The position numbers were made by a program, and so were the translations under genes. Shown one piece after another: positions 9,001 to 18,832 of a stretch of DNA of 64,000 bases (the first letter of the stretch is position 1; each line of letters opens with the position of its first letter). Origin of the DNA: Coriobacteriales bacterium (lineage in GTDB: Bacteria; Actinomycetota; Coriobacteriia; Coriobacteriales; QAMH01). The notes beneath the pieces were generated by a model. It was not told the origin of the DNA. It saw only the letters and a list, made by a program, of their open reading frames with translations, and did no database searches. The DNA lies in contig JBJEHN010000073.1 of the NCBI GenBank assembly GCA_051876105.1, positions 4,555 to 68,554 of the forward strand, read 5' to 3'.

Positions 9001-9595
9001 CGATCTCTGCAGCGATGTCGTTGACGCGCTCGAGCTCCGCGTCCATGTTGCGGAGCTTCTTGGCGGCGCGCTCCTTGCGCTTCTTGTGTTTGAGGATGCC
9101 CGCCGCCTCCTCGATGAGCACCCTGCGGTCCTCCGGGCGCGACTGCAAGAGCGTCTGCAGCGAGCCCTGGGAGATGATGGAGTGCGCGTCGCGGCCCAAG
9201 CCGGAGTCGTTGAGGACGTCGAGGATGTCCATGAGGCGGCTGGGACTGCCGTTGATGAGGTACTCGCTGTCTCCGCTGCGGTACATACGGCGCGTGATGA
9301 CGACCTCGTTGAAGTCGAGGGGGAGCGTGCCATCGCTGTTGTCGAGCACGAGGTCGACCTCCGCGAGGCTCACCGCCTGGCGGGCGCTGCTGCCTGCGAA
9401 GATGACGTCTTCCATGGCCTGGCCGCGCAGCTGCTTGGCGCTCTGCTCGCCAAGCACCCACAAGACTGCGTCGCTGACGTTGGACTTGCCGGAGCCGTTG
9501 GGACCTACGACGACGGTCATGCCGGGCTCGAGCCTGAGTACGGAGCGATCAGCGAACGACTTGAATCCTTTGAGAACAAGCGATTTGAGATACAC
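6011..9595 (-). CDS. smc: Chromosome segregation protein SMC
   Basis: About 1195 aa: N-terminal YLKSLVLKGFKSF..GPNGSGKSN, long coiled coils, a hinge, and C-terminal LSGGEQSLVSLALMFA..ILDEVEAALD. The likely start is GTG 9595 (AAAGGG 6 nt upstream). The track uses TTG 9601. Confidence 0.96.
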   Translation of the reverse strand: MYLKSLVLKGFKSFADRSVLRLEPGMTVVVGPNGSGKSNVSDAVLWVLGEQSAKQLRGQAMEDVIFAGSSARQAVSLAEVDLVLDNSDGTLPLDFNEVVITRRMYRSGDSEYLINGSPSRLMDILDVLNDSGLGRDAHSIISQGSLQTLLQSRPEDRRVLIEEAAGILKHKKRKERAAKKLRNMDAELERVNDIAAEIDRQLRPLERQASRAKQYEQLAGELKEVNLTLAVDDLRSLQREWEALELREREADAGVELVRYRLDERNRELEKLQRLLEEKGLFVGDLAEQRRRCQMVLAQLDSGMLLLEEKGRNMVTRLSELRQTIHQSERGLAEARERLERASVDQAEAEASLKAVQGQVSEASIALEETRRQRKGHDIELGRLNGALRAHERQIDELTLQALKATESLATADVEDDLLQRRAQQIDDSFGATQATLAARRSRIGELEERLEELQHESALAKSDIDKRVRLVDDARRVVGDKRDAAAGLQAELRGLKEVDRAFDEASPLLSRALAQRVDGDGIVAPLSELLRAPAELEHLVELLLGEDLFGLATQDTSSALKLAERLLAGDEEGGELTLVPLEGCAKAQGAAARGTRLLELLDVDPRNAAVAEVLLGDVYLADSLEEALSAVGAGAGARFVTREGVVVWPSGKICIGQPSADTEGVLARKRRIAALGEEVPAAQTAVEAALEELSQAEARLQVAQADDFELSQSIAQLNGERDSLREEVGRLEASITGLMQEREEISLRREKVARETEETRQRVAELQERKEQLCAERAELEEQAAAAKVERTRLFQEETASTTRIQQLQVELATVRERERHLRATCDTSSRTIEQLEGQLEVSHQTERNLGILRLRVEPLYQVFTELRDIVREKAEMLRGRAQLEQAGQGDLRNTIEEARRAAQEQQAQLDAASEDLVQARIEKSKLEVRVEQAIKVITEENGVLLDIALEIPAPEDRVELEQRRDRLAKRIKGLGSVNPVAVEEYRKLKERRDFIAIQVEDLEGAAKALDRIVAAIDRKMRNRFMETFNQVNANFQEIIQSLFPGGQGHLELTDPENPETTGVEVHAQPRGKAVRKQSLLSGGEQSLVSLALMFAVYKVNSTPFYILDEVEAALDDTNLRRLLSYLDSIRTTTQVIMISHQRRTMEMADLLYGVSMRSDGVSKLVSQKLDQAIRNASGPNAPRDVESFSGAQ

Positions 9596-9661
9596 GCGCA
9601 ACCCTTTGTTTGCAGGTGGGCATAACTGATTGATTCTATCACGGGCCTGCCAGCGACCGGC

Positions 9662-10408
9662 TTACTTGACAACCCCCAGGGTCTCGAGCGCCTGCTGCGC
9701 GGCAGCGGCCTCGGCCGCTTTCTTGCTGTGACCCTCTCCTGTGCCGATGAGCTCGTCGCCGCAGTACACGGCAGCCTGGAAGACACGGTCGTGCGGGGGG
9801 CCGATGATGTCTGTGATGCGGTAGGTGGGCTTGCGGCGGCGCGCCTGCAGGTACTCCTGCAGCGAGCTCTTGGGGCTCTCCGGCTCGGTGGCGATGTCGC
9901 GGCTGATGTGGGGGCCGAGCGTCCTCAGGACCCACTCGCGCGCGATGTCGATGCCGGCGTCGAGGTAGAGTGCGGCGACGATTGCCTCGTAGACGTTCTC
10001 GAGGGCGCTGTGCAGGCCGCGGCCCTGGGTGCCCGCCTCAGAGTCGCCGAAGATGATGCACTCGCCCAAACCCAGGTCGCCGCACACCTGCGAGAGGCTC
10101 GCGCCGCTCACCAGGCTCACCTTGATGCGGGTGAGGCCGCCTTCCTCCAGATCCGGGAACAGCCCGAAGACCTCCTCGGCGATGATGGCGCCGAGGATGC
10201 TGTCGCCCAGGAACTCCAGGCGCTCGTAGTTGTCCCCGCTCTTGGTGTGCTTGACGTAGCTGGGGTGCGTGAGCGCGACCTGCAGGAGGCCGGGGACGTT
10301 GAACTCGCGGCCGATGATCTCCTGGGCCTGCTTGATGCGCTGCTCATGCTCCGGGCTGACCTCAGGGATGTTGAGCTTGGAGAGCAGCTTGCTGGGGCGG
10401 CGCGCCAT
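9662..10408 (-). CDS. rnc: Ribonuclease III
   Basis: 248 aa from MARRPSK; signature ERLEFLGDSILG plus a C-terminal dsRBD (GEGHSKKAAEAAAAQQAL). Its ATG overlaps the plsX TGA (ATGA). The 474-aa track ORF is an in-frame upstream extension that overlaps plsX. Confidence 0.93.
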   Translation of the reverse strand: MARRPSKLLSKLNIPEVSPEHEQRIKQAQEIIGREFNVPGLLQVALTHPSYVKHTKSGDNYERLEFLGDSILGAIIAEEVFGLFPDLEEGGLTRIKVSLVSGASLSQVCGDLGLGECIIFGDSEAGTQGRGLHSALENVYEAIVAALYLDAGIDIAREWVLRTLGPHISRDIATEPESPKSSLQEYLQARRRKPTYRITDIIGPPHDRVFQAAVYCGDELIGTGEGHSKKAAEAAAAQQALETLGVVK

Positions 10409-11400
10409 CACTGGGCCTCCCCGATCGCTGCGGCGAGCTTTGCGGGCATACCCATGCGGATGGCGGAGGCCGTTGCCAGCACACCGCTGCAGACGGCCTG
10501 CGCGTTGCTGTTGCCGTGGCCGATGAGGCACACGCCCTTCACGCCCAGCAGCTGGGCCCCGCCGTACTCGTCTGCGCTCACCTTGGACATGAGCTCCTTG
10601 AGCGCGGGCTTGATGAGCAGCGCGCCGAGCTTGGTCCTGAGCGAGCCGAGCAGCGTCTCCTTGAGCGAGCCGAGCAGCGCCTTGCCCACGCCCTCGTAGG
10701 TCTTGAGGGCGACGTTGCCCGTGAAGCCGTCCGTGACGATGACGTCGAAGCCGCCCAGGGCGATGTTCTTGCCCTCGGCGTTGCCGGCAAAGCCGGGGAG
10801 CTGCTCCTTGAGGAGCTGGTGGCAGTCCTGCGCGAACTGGGAGCCCTTGGTCTCCTCCTCGCCGATGTTGAGCAGGCCCACGCTGGGCTGCTCGGTACCG
10901 AGGGCAACCTGAGCGTAGACCTGCCCCATCTTGGCGAACTGCAGCAGGTGCTCGGGCTTGCAGTCTGCGTTGGCGCCCATGTCGCAGAGTATGGTCTTGG
11001 CAACCGGGCTGGGGACCACGCTTGCGATGCAGGGGCGCTTGACCCCGGGGATGCGGCCCATGACGAGCGTTGCGGCGGACATGCACGCGCCGGTGCTGCC
11101 GGCGCTGAAGAAGCCCTGGGCCCTGCCCTCCTTCACCAGGCGGCAGCCCACGACGATGCTGGAGTCCTTCTTCTTGCGCACGGCGTTGGCCGGGTGCTCG
11201 CCCATCTCGATAACCTGGGTGGTTGCAACGGCCTCGCAGCGCTCGTGTGCGGCCGCAAAGGGCTCGACCACCTCTGCCGGGCCGGTGAGTATCACCTCGA
11301 TGTCCGCCGCCGCGGCCAGCGCCTGCTCGACGCCCTCGAGCACAACGGCCGGGGCGTCGTCGCCGCCCAGCGCGTCAACGACTACTTTGACCATCTCCAT
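10408..11400 (-). CDS. plsX: Phosphate acyltransferase PlsX
   Basis: MEMVKVVVDALGGDDAP..., GNAEGKNI, VTDGFTGNVALK. ATG 11400 has GAGGAG 6 nt upstream. Confidence 0.93.
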   Translation of the reverse strand: MEMVKVVVDALGGDDAPAVVLEGVEQALAAAADIEVILTGPAEVVEPFAAAHERCEAVATTQVIEMGEHPANAVRKKKDSSIVVGCRLVKEGRAQGFFSAGSTGACMSAATLVMGRIPGVKRPCIASVVPSPVAKTILCDMGANADCKPEHLLQFAKMGQVYAQVALGTEQPSVGLLNIGEEETKGSQFAQDCHQLLKEQLPGFAGNAEGKNIALGGFDVIVTDGFTGNVALKTYEGVGKALLGSLKETLLGSLRTKLGALLIKPALKELMSKVSADEYGGAQLLGVKGVCLIGHGNSNAQAVCSGVLATASAIRMGMPAKLAAAIGEAQ

Positions 11401-11421
11401 GACGGTCTCCTCTCTGGGGGT

Positions 11422-11469
11422 ATCGCACACGCTTCCACGGGCCGCAGGGCCCCCGCAAGCTTGTGCGAT
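11422..11469 (-). promoter_or_regulatory. Long imperfect hairpin in the plsX-rnc 5' leader
   Basis: Outer stem ATCGCACA/TGTGCGAT (8 bp), middle stem GCTT/AAGC, inner stem GGGCC-GCAG-GGCCC. It ends about 20 nt upstream of the plsX start. Confidence 0.4.
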
Positions 11470-11488
11470 GCGTAACGGTCGTCCTTAC

Positions 11489-11517
11489 AGGATACCCGCA
11501 GCGTGCAGGGCGCGCAA
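11489..11517 (-). promoter_or_regulatory. Candidate promoter for plsX-rnc-smc
   Basis: On the minus strand, TTGCGC-N17-TATCCT. Confidence 0.3.
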
Positions 11518-11543
11518 AAACCGGCGGGCAACGGTTTTGCCCG
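11514..11543 (-). terminator. Second terminator-like hairpin downstream of rpmF
   Basis: Minus-strand RNA CGGGCAA-AACCG-UUGCCCG followed by CCGGUUUUUGCG. An alternative pairing is AAAACCG/CGGUUUU. Confidence 0.4.
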
Positions 11544-11577
11544 GCACCCCAGAGCGCCCGGCTGGCTGCAAAACGAA

Positions 11578-11609
11578 GGGAGCCGGCAGTCGCTAGACCG
11601 CCGGCTCCC
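11578..11609 (-). terminator. Rho-independent terminator after rpmF
   Basis: GGGAGCCGGC...GCCGGCTCCC (10-bp stem) followed on the minus strand by TTCGTTTTGC. Confidence 0.6.
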
Positions 11610-11641
11610 TCTCAAGAGCGTTGTATGACTGCTGGCGCAGC

Positions 11642-11821
11642 TTACTCGACCTCGAGCACCTCGCGGTCCTTGTAGTAGCCGCAGCTGGGGCACACGCGGT
11701 GGGGCAGCTTGACCTCTCCGCACTGAGGGCAGACGGAGCGGGCGGGGGTGGCGCAGCGGTCGTTTGCAGAGCGGCGAGCATGGGTGACAGCTCGGCCGGT
11801 CTTCCTTTTGGGTACAGCCAT
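11642..11821 (-). CDS. rpmF: 50S ribosomal protein L32
   Basis: Below the ORF-track size cut-off. Hand translation gives MAVPKRKTGRAVTHARRSANDRCATPARSVCPQCGEVKLPHRVCPSCGYYKDREVLEVE (59 aa), with the MAVPKRKTS-like N-terminus and a CxxC...CxxC zinc ribbon. Confidence 0.93.
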   Translation of the reverse strand: MAVPKRKTGRAVTHARRSANDRCATPARSVCPQCGEVKLPHRVCPSCGYYKDREVLEVE

Positions 11822-11924
11822 GATCGTAACCTTTCCTACACGGCCCTCCGTGTGGGGAAGCCGTAAATCCTAAACACGCGAATCGGTATATTAACATGCA
11901 AGGGCGCAAAAGGGAAGGAAGATT

Positions 11925-13295
11925 TTACTCCTCCTCTTGAGGTGCCTGAGTAGCGGCTGCCGGCTCCGGGGCGGGATCCCCGGGCTGGGGCTGCCCCTGC
12001 GGCGCCTCCCCTCCTGCAGCGGCGGGGCCAGCCTTGGCGGCAGGGGCGCGCACCAGCAGTGCCACGGTCTCGAGGTGCTTGGTGTGGGGGAACATGTCCA
12101 CGGGCACGAGCCGCTTGAGTGTGTACGCACCCTCCAGGGCCTGGATGTCCCTGAGCTGGGTCTCCGGGTTGCAGCTGATGTAGACGACGCGCTTGGGGCG
12201 CGCCGCCAGCAGCCCGCTGATGAAGTCCTCGGAGACACCCGCGCGCGGCGGGTCGAGGAAGACCACGTCGAAGCGCTCCCCGCAGTCGCGCAGGAAGGCG
12301 CCCGCGTCCGCCTGGATGAAGAGCGCCCCGTTGACCTTGTTGATGCGCGCGTTCTCGGACGCTATCTCGACCGCGGCGGGAGTCGTCTCGACGCCCACCA
12401 GGGTCACTGGCTTGACCTGGGGCTCCTTGCCCGCCTTCTTGCCCTTGGCCGCGGCCTTGGCGGCCTTCTTCTTGTGAAAGCCCGCAGGATGGCCCTCCCT
12501 CTGGCGCTGCAGGCAGCGCTTTGCGGCCACGATGCCGATGGTGCCGATGCCGCAGTAGGCGTCGAGCACGCTCTCGCCGCCCTTGAGGCCCGCAAGCTCG
12601 ACAGCGGTCTCGTAGAGGCGCTCGGTCTGGCGGGGGTTGGTCTGGTAGAACGCCGAGCTGGGGATGCGGAAGGTCTGCCCGCAGAGCCTGTCCTCGATCC
12701 AGCCCTGGCCGTAGGCCACCTGCTCCCGGCTGCCCAACACGGCGTTGGTGTCGCGCGTGTTGATGTTGAAGACCACGGTGGAGATCTCCGGGTGGGCCTC
12801 CCTCAGCGCCTTGACGAACTCCTTCTTGTGCGGGAACTCCTTGCTGTTGACCACCAAGGTGACCATGACCTGGCCCGTCTCCGCCGCGCAGCGCACCACG
12901 GCATGGCGCAGCAGGCCCTTGCCCTCGTCCTCGCGGTACGCCTTGATGCGGAAGCTGCGGCACAGCTGGGCGATGCTCTCAAGGATCGGGCGGGCGCGGG
13001 GGTCCTCCACCAGGCAGCTGGGGCAGGCGACGAGCTGGTGCGTGCCCGCCTTGTACATGCCGTGGCGCAGGGTGCCCTTCTCGCCCGGCTGGTAGGGCGT
13101 CATGGCCTTGGCGCGGTAGTGGAGGGGCTCCTCCATCCCCACAACCTCCTGGGGCTCCACGCCCGTGGGAGCGAAGAGCTCGGCCAGGGCCGCGCGCTTG
13201 CGCTCGAGCTGTATGGGATAGGGAACGGCCAGCCACTCGCAGCCGCCGCACTGGGCGGCCTGCGGGCAGGTGGGAGTCTTGTAATACTCGGTCAT
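11925..13295 (-). CDS. 23S rRNA (uracil-C5)-methyltransferase, RlmD/RumA (TrmA) family
   Basis: 456 aa. N-terminal Cys cluster CPQAAQCGGCEW...CPSC (4Fe-4S), SAM motif DAYCGIGTIG, and catalytic-region motifs DPPRAG and YISCNP. It carries a Lys/Ala-rich insertion and a Pro/Ala-rich tail. Confidence 0.85.
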   Translation of the reverse strand: MTEYYKTPTCPQAAQCGGCEWLAVPYPIQLERKRAALAELFAPTGVEPQEVVGMEEPLHYRAKAMTPYQPGEKGTLRHGMYKAGTHQLVACPSCLVEDPRARPILESIAQLCRSFRIKAYREDEGKGLLRHAVVRCAAETGQVMVTLVVNSKEFPHKKEFVKALREAHPEISTVVFNINTRDTNAVLGSREQVAYGQGWIEDRLCGQTFRIPSSAFYQTNPRQTERLYETAVELAGLKGGESVLDAYCGIGTIGIVAAKRCLQRQREGHPAGFHKKKAAKAAAKGKKAGKEPQVKPVTLVGVETTPAAVEIASENARINKVNGALFIQADAGAFLRDCGERFDVVFLDPPRAGVSEDFISGLLAARPKRVVYISCNPETQLRDIQALEGAYTLKRLVPVDMFPHTKHLETVALLVRAPAAKAGPAAAGGEAPQGQPQPGDPAPEPAAATQAPQEEE

Positions 13296-13364
13296 GGGTT
13301 CTCCTCAGACGAAACGAGGCTCACGCAACGCGAGCCTCGTCAAACGCGGTGTGCGGCAGCGGGC

Positions 13365-14111
13365 CTAGTCCTCGGGCTCCTGCGGCTCTTCCTCGATGAA
13401 GACCAGGTTGCCCTGCTCGTCGAACTCCAGGTAGCCGTCTGCCCCGTCCTCGAAGATCGCGGAGAGCGCCTTTTCGAGCTCGGCTGCCTCCTCCGCGGAG
13501 AGCTCGGGGAGCTCTTCTTCGGGCAGGGTGGCGACTGCATCCCCGAACTCCCTGGCCGCCTCCTGGCCGCGGGCGACGTCGTCCTCGCTGAAGCTCAGGC
13601 CGGCGAGCGCAGCGAAGGGGTTCATCGGGTCCGGCTTGCCCGCGCAGTCGCAGCTGGCCTCGTTGAGGTCCTGGCCGCAGTGGGGGCACAGGCCCTTGCA
13701 GTCATCCTTGCACAGCACGACGAAGGGGGTCGCATAGCACAGCGAGGCGAGGATGTTGTACGAGATGTCGAAGTTGCCGTTCGCATCCACGGCGTCGACC
13801 TCGTCTTCCTCGTAGCCCTCTGAGAGGTCCGCCTCGTTAAGGAGGAAGTAGCCCTGCAGCTCGGCGGAGACCTCCACGGTGGCCGGCTCGAGGCAGCGGG
13901 CGCACTCCGTGGTGGCCACGGCGCTGACCTCGCCCTGGAGCAAGATCGCCTCCCCGGTGTTGGTGAGGGTGGCGGTGTAGCTCCAGCCGGCAGGGGTCTC
14001 CATGACCATGCCGCCGACCTCGTAGGAGGGCTCGTCCAGCACGCCGCTCAGCCTGCGGACGCCCCCGAGCTCGGCGAGCTCTGGGTAGATTGACTGCTCG
14101 AAGGCCTGCAT
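13365..14111 (-). CDS. yceD: YceD/DUF177-family protein with a long acidic C-terminal tail
   Basis: 248 aa with C..C....CKGLCPHCGQDLN Cys motifs typical of DUF177. This family is usually found next to rpmF. Confidence 0.8.
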   Translation of the reverse strand: MQAFEQSIYPELAELGGVRRLSGVLDEPSYEVGGMVMETPAGWSYTATLTNTGEAILLQGEVSAVATTECARCLEPATVEVSAELQGYFLLNEADLSEGYEEDEVDAVDANGNFDISYNILASLCYATPFVVLCKDDCKGLCPHCGQDLNEASCDCAGKPDPMNPFAALAGLSFSEDDVARGQEAAREFGDAVATLPEEELPELSAEEAAELEKALSAIFEDGADGYLEFDEQGNLVFIEEEPQEPED

Positions 14112-14137
14112 GGCCCTCCCTTCATGAAGCTCGCGAG

Positions 14138-14602
14138 CTAGTCTGCGGAGCTGTTGTTGAGGCGCGCGCGGCAGCGGGTGACGTTCTTCAGGAGGTTGTC
14201 CAGGTTGGTCTCGAGGTTTGCGAAGATCTGGTCTGCGTAGTCCTCGGCGCCGACGCGCATCTCGCGCTCGCGCATCATGGCCTCCTCGACGATGTCGGTG
14301 GCCTTGGCCTCGGCGATACGGACGATCTCCTGCTCAGAGGCAATCTGGTCGGCCTGGCGCTCCGCGTCCTCGAGGATGCGGTTGGCGTCTATCTCTGCGG
14401 CCTCGATCATGCCCTGGCGGTCGCGCACGATGATGCGCGCCTGGCGGAGCTCCTCGGGCAGGATGTCGCGGATCTCGTCGATAATCTCGAAGACAGGGCC
14501 GATCTCGACCTGACGCTTCTGGCTGTTGCCCAGGACAGGCTTGGAATTCTCGATGCGCTCGGCAAGCTCGTCAAGCAGCTCCTCGATGCCGGCTTCATCC
14601 AT
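14138..14602 (-). CDS. Conserved coiled-coil protein of unknown function (resembles proteins labelled ATPase subunit b/H-like)
   Basis: 154 aa, strongly charged heptad-like sequence (EIIDEIRDILPEELRQARIIVRDRQGMIEAAEIDANRILEDAERQADQI...). GAAGGAGG RBS. Confidence 0.6.
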   Translation of the reverse strand: MDEAGIEELLDELAERIENSKPVLGNSQKRQVEIGPVFEIIDEIRDILPEELRQARIIVRDRQGMIEAAEIDANRILEDAERQADQIASEQEIVRIAEAKATDIVEEAMMREREMRVGAEDYADQIFANLETNLDNLLKNVTRCRARLNNSSAD

Positions 14603-14734
14603 GGGGCACCTCCTTCTGGTGTGTTTCTGCTACGTTTTGCGGTGCGCCGGGAAAAAGGGCGCACGATGACACCCATACTAGCATAGGCACCCGCCGTTGA
14701 AGATGAGCATGATGCCAGCCTCGTGCATGCGGCT

Positions 14735-16036
14735 CTAGGATGCGCGCAGCACCCCCGTCACAGCGCCGCAGCTCAGGCGCTCGCGCGTCACGGGGCACCC
14801 GTCTGCGAGCACGTAGCCGTCGAGCAGCTCGAGCAGGGGCGTGACGACGAAGTCGCGCTCCAGCAGCCGGGGGTGCGGCAGGGTGAGCTGGGGGCTGGCG
14901 CTGGTGACGCCCTCGTAGTCGAGGATGTCGAGGTCGAGGGTGCGCGGGCCGTTCGGCTCAAGGCGCAGCCTCCCCTGCCCGTCCTCGATTGCGTGGAGCA
15001 ACTCGAGCAGCTCGGAGGGACCGAGGGTGGTCTCGAGCACGGCCACCGCGTTGGCAAAGGGGGCCTGGTCCTCCTTGTAGGCGGGCTCGCTTTCCACATA
15101 GGAGCTCACGGAGTAGACCCACACGCCGGGCGAGCGCCTCAAGGCAGCGACGGCGGCGTCGAGCTGGGCACAGCGCTCCCCGATGTTGGAACCCAGGGCG
15201 ATCACGGCCCGTTTGGACTCGGCAAAGGCGCGCGCGGTGGCGGCCACGTCGTGCACGCGGGCCACGATCGCTCCTTCGCGGCAGGCGGCTGCGGCGCACA
15301 GGGCGCTCGCGGCGTCGCGCTCGCGGGGGACCTCAATGCCCGTCGCCGCGCCGATGTAGCTCTTGCGGCTCACGGCAACCATGAGCGGGTAGCCGAGCTG
15401 TGCGAGCTGGCGGGTGTGCGATATGAGCGCTTGGTTGTGCTCGAAGGTCTTGCCAAAGCCCGGACCGGGGTCGATGCAGATGCGCTCGGCCTCGACGCCC
15501 GCTTCCTCGAGCAGGCGCGCCTGCTGCACCAGGTAGCTGCCCACCTCAGCGACCACATCGCCATAGCGGGGGTCGTCTTGCATGGTGCCGGGCTCGCCGA
15601 GCATGTGCATCACAACCACGCCGCAGCTGCTGCGGGCGACGAGCTCGCGCATGCGGCTGTCCCTGAAGCCGGAGACGTCGTTGATGATGTGGGCCCCCGC
15701 CTCGAGGCAGGCCTGGGCGACCTCCCAGTGACGGGTGTCGACGCTCACGCACGCGCCGCGCCCGACCAGCGCGCGCACAACCGGCAGCACGCGGGCGAGC
15801 TCCTCGTCTGTGCCCGGTGCCGCCGAGCCGGGGCGCGTCGACTCCCCACCGACGTCGATGATGTCGGCGCCCTCCGCGATCATGCGCTCGGCATGGGCAA
15901 GCGCCTGCTCCAAGCCGTTGTGGAGCCCGCCGTCGCTGAAGGAGTCGGGGGTGACGTTGAGGACCCCCATGATGTAGGAGCCGCAAGGGAACTCGAAGCC
16001 GCCGCACTTCCACATGGCCGCGCACACCTCCTGCAT
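14735..16036 (-). CDS. folP: Bifunctional dihydropteroate synthase / HPPK (FolP-FolK fusion)
   Basis: 433 aa. The N-terminal part has IMGVLNVTPDSFSDGG...RVHDV (FolP). This is joined directly to AVIALGSNIGERCAQLD...LDLDILDYEG...LTLPHPRLLERDFVVTPL (FolK). No FolB segment lies between them. Confidence 0.9.
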   Translation of the reverse strand: MQEVCAAMWKCGGFEFPCGSYIMGVLNVTPDSFSDGGLHNGLEQALAHAERMIAEGADIIDVGGESTRPGSAAPGTDEELARVLPVVRALVGRGACVSVDTRHWEVAQACLEAGAHIINDVSGFRDSRMRELVARSSCGVVVMHMLGEPGTMQDDPRYGDVVAEVGSYLVQQARLLEEAGVEAERICIDPGPGFGKTFEHNQALISHTRQLAQLGYPLMVAVSRKSYIGAATGIEVPRERDAASALCAAAACREGAIVARVHDVAATARAFAESKRAVIALGSNIGERCAQLDAAVAALRRSPGVWVYSVSSYVESEPAYKEDQAPFANAVAVLETTLGPSELLELLHAIEDGQGRLRLEPNGPRTLDLDILDYEGVTSASPQLTLPHPRLLERDFVVTPLLELLDGYVLADGCPVTRERLSCGAVTGVLRAS

Positions 16037-16042
16037 CGGGCG

Positions 16043-16609
16043 CTAGCGGCCCTGGGTGATGAGGCGCATGGCCTCGGCACGGGTGCGGTCGCTGCTCTGG
16101 AAGGTGCCGCGCACGGCGGATGTGGTGGTTTTGGAACCGGGCTTCTTCACGCCGCGCATGGTCATGCACATGTGCTCGCACTCCATGACGACCATCGCGC
16201 CCAGGGGCTTCATGTAGCGCACCAGGGCGTCTGCCACCTGGCTGGTGAGGCGCTCCTGCACCTGCGCGCGGCGGGCATAGAGGTCCACCAAGCGCGCGAG
16301 CTTGGAGATGCCGCAGACGCGGCCGGACTCGTTGGGGATGTAGGCCACGTGCGCCACGCCGTAGAAGGGCACGAGGTGGTGCTCGCAGATGCTGTAGACG
16401 GGGATGTCGTGGACGATGACCATCTCCTGGTGGCCCTCGTCGAAGGTGGTGGCGAAGAGCTCGGCCGGGTCCTGGCTCATGCCGGCGAGGATCTCCTCGT
16501 ACATGCGCGCCACACGCGCGGGGGTGTCGACGAGGCCGGGGCGGGTGGGGTCCTCCCCCACACCCTCGAGGATCAGGCGGACGCCCTCTTCGATCTTTGC
16601 GTGGTCCAT
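16043..16609 (-). CDS. folE: GTP cyclohydrolase I
   Basis: 188 aa with [10 protein letters not shown] and MCMTMRGV motifs. Confidence 0.95.
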   Translation of the reverse strand: MDHAKIEEGVRLILEGVGEDPTRPGLVDTPARVARMYEEILAGMSQDPAELFATTFDEGHQEMVIVHDIPVYSICEHHLVPFYGVAHVAYIPNESGRVCGISKLARLVDLYARRAQVQERLTSQVADALVRYMKPLGAMVVMECEHMCMTMRGVKKPGSKTTTSAVRGTFQSSDRTRAEAMRLITQGR

Positions 16610-16666
16610 GCGGTGGTTCTCCTAACGTTGTGCCTACCGGGCCATGATAGCCCAGCGCAAACGGCA

Positions 16667-16686
16667 GCGGCCCCGAGCGGGGCCGC
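16667..16686 (-). terminator. Hairpin after ftsH (weak U-tract)
   Basis: GCGGCCCC-GAGC-GGGGCCGC, followed on the minus strand by TGCCGTTTGCG. Confidence 0.4.
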
Positions 16687-16702
16687 CGGCGCGGTTGTCT
16701 TG

Positions 16703-18787
<2,085 letters not shown>

Positions 18788-18832
18788 GCTGATGGTTCTC
18801 CTCGGAGTAGTGGGTGCGGGGGATGTGGGCGC

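Noticed and set aside
5792-9625. 1277-aa plus-strand ORF
   Set aside because: It is antisense to smc, whose Walker A/B, signature and coiled-coil motifs are unambiguous. The translation is A/G/L/V/D/E/H-rich low complexity with no recognisable motif or RBS. It is a typical shadow ORF of a high-GC3 gene.
9662-11086. 474-aa version of the RNase III ORF (similarly the 474-aa alr, 938-aa U32, 500-aa rodA, 385-aa RHH, 336-aa DUF2344 and 280-aa udg track ORFs)
   Set aside because: The N-terminal extensions are R/G/P/H-rich and overlap the well-supported upstream gene in another frame. Internal starts with good RBSs, or ATGA coupling, give proteins of canonical length.
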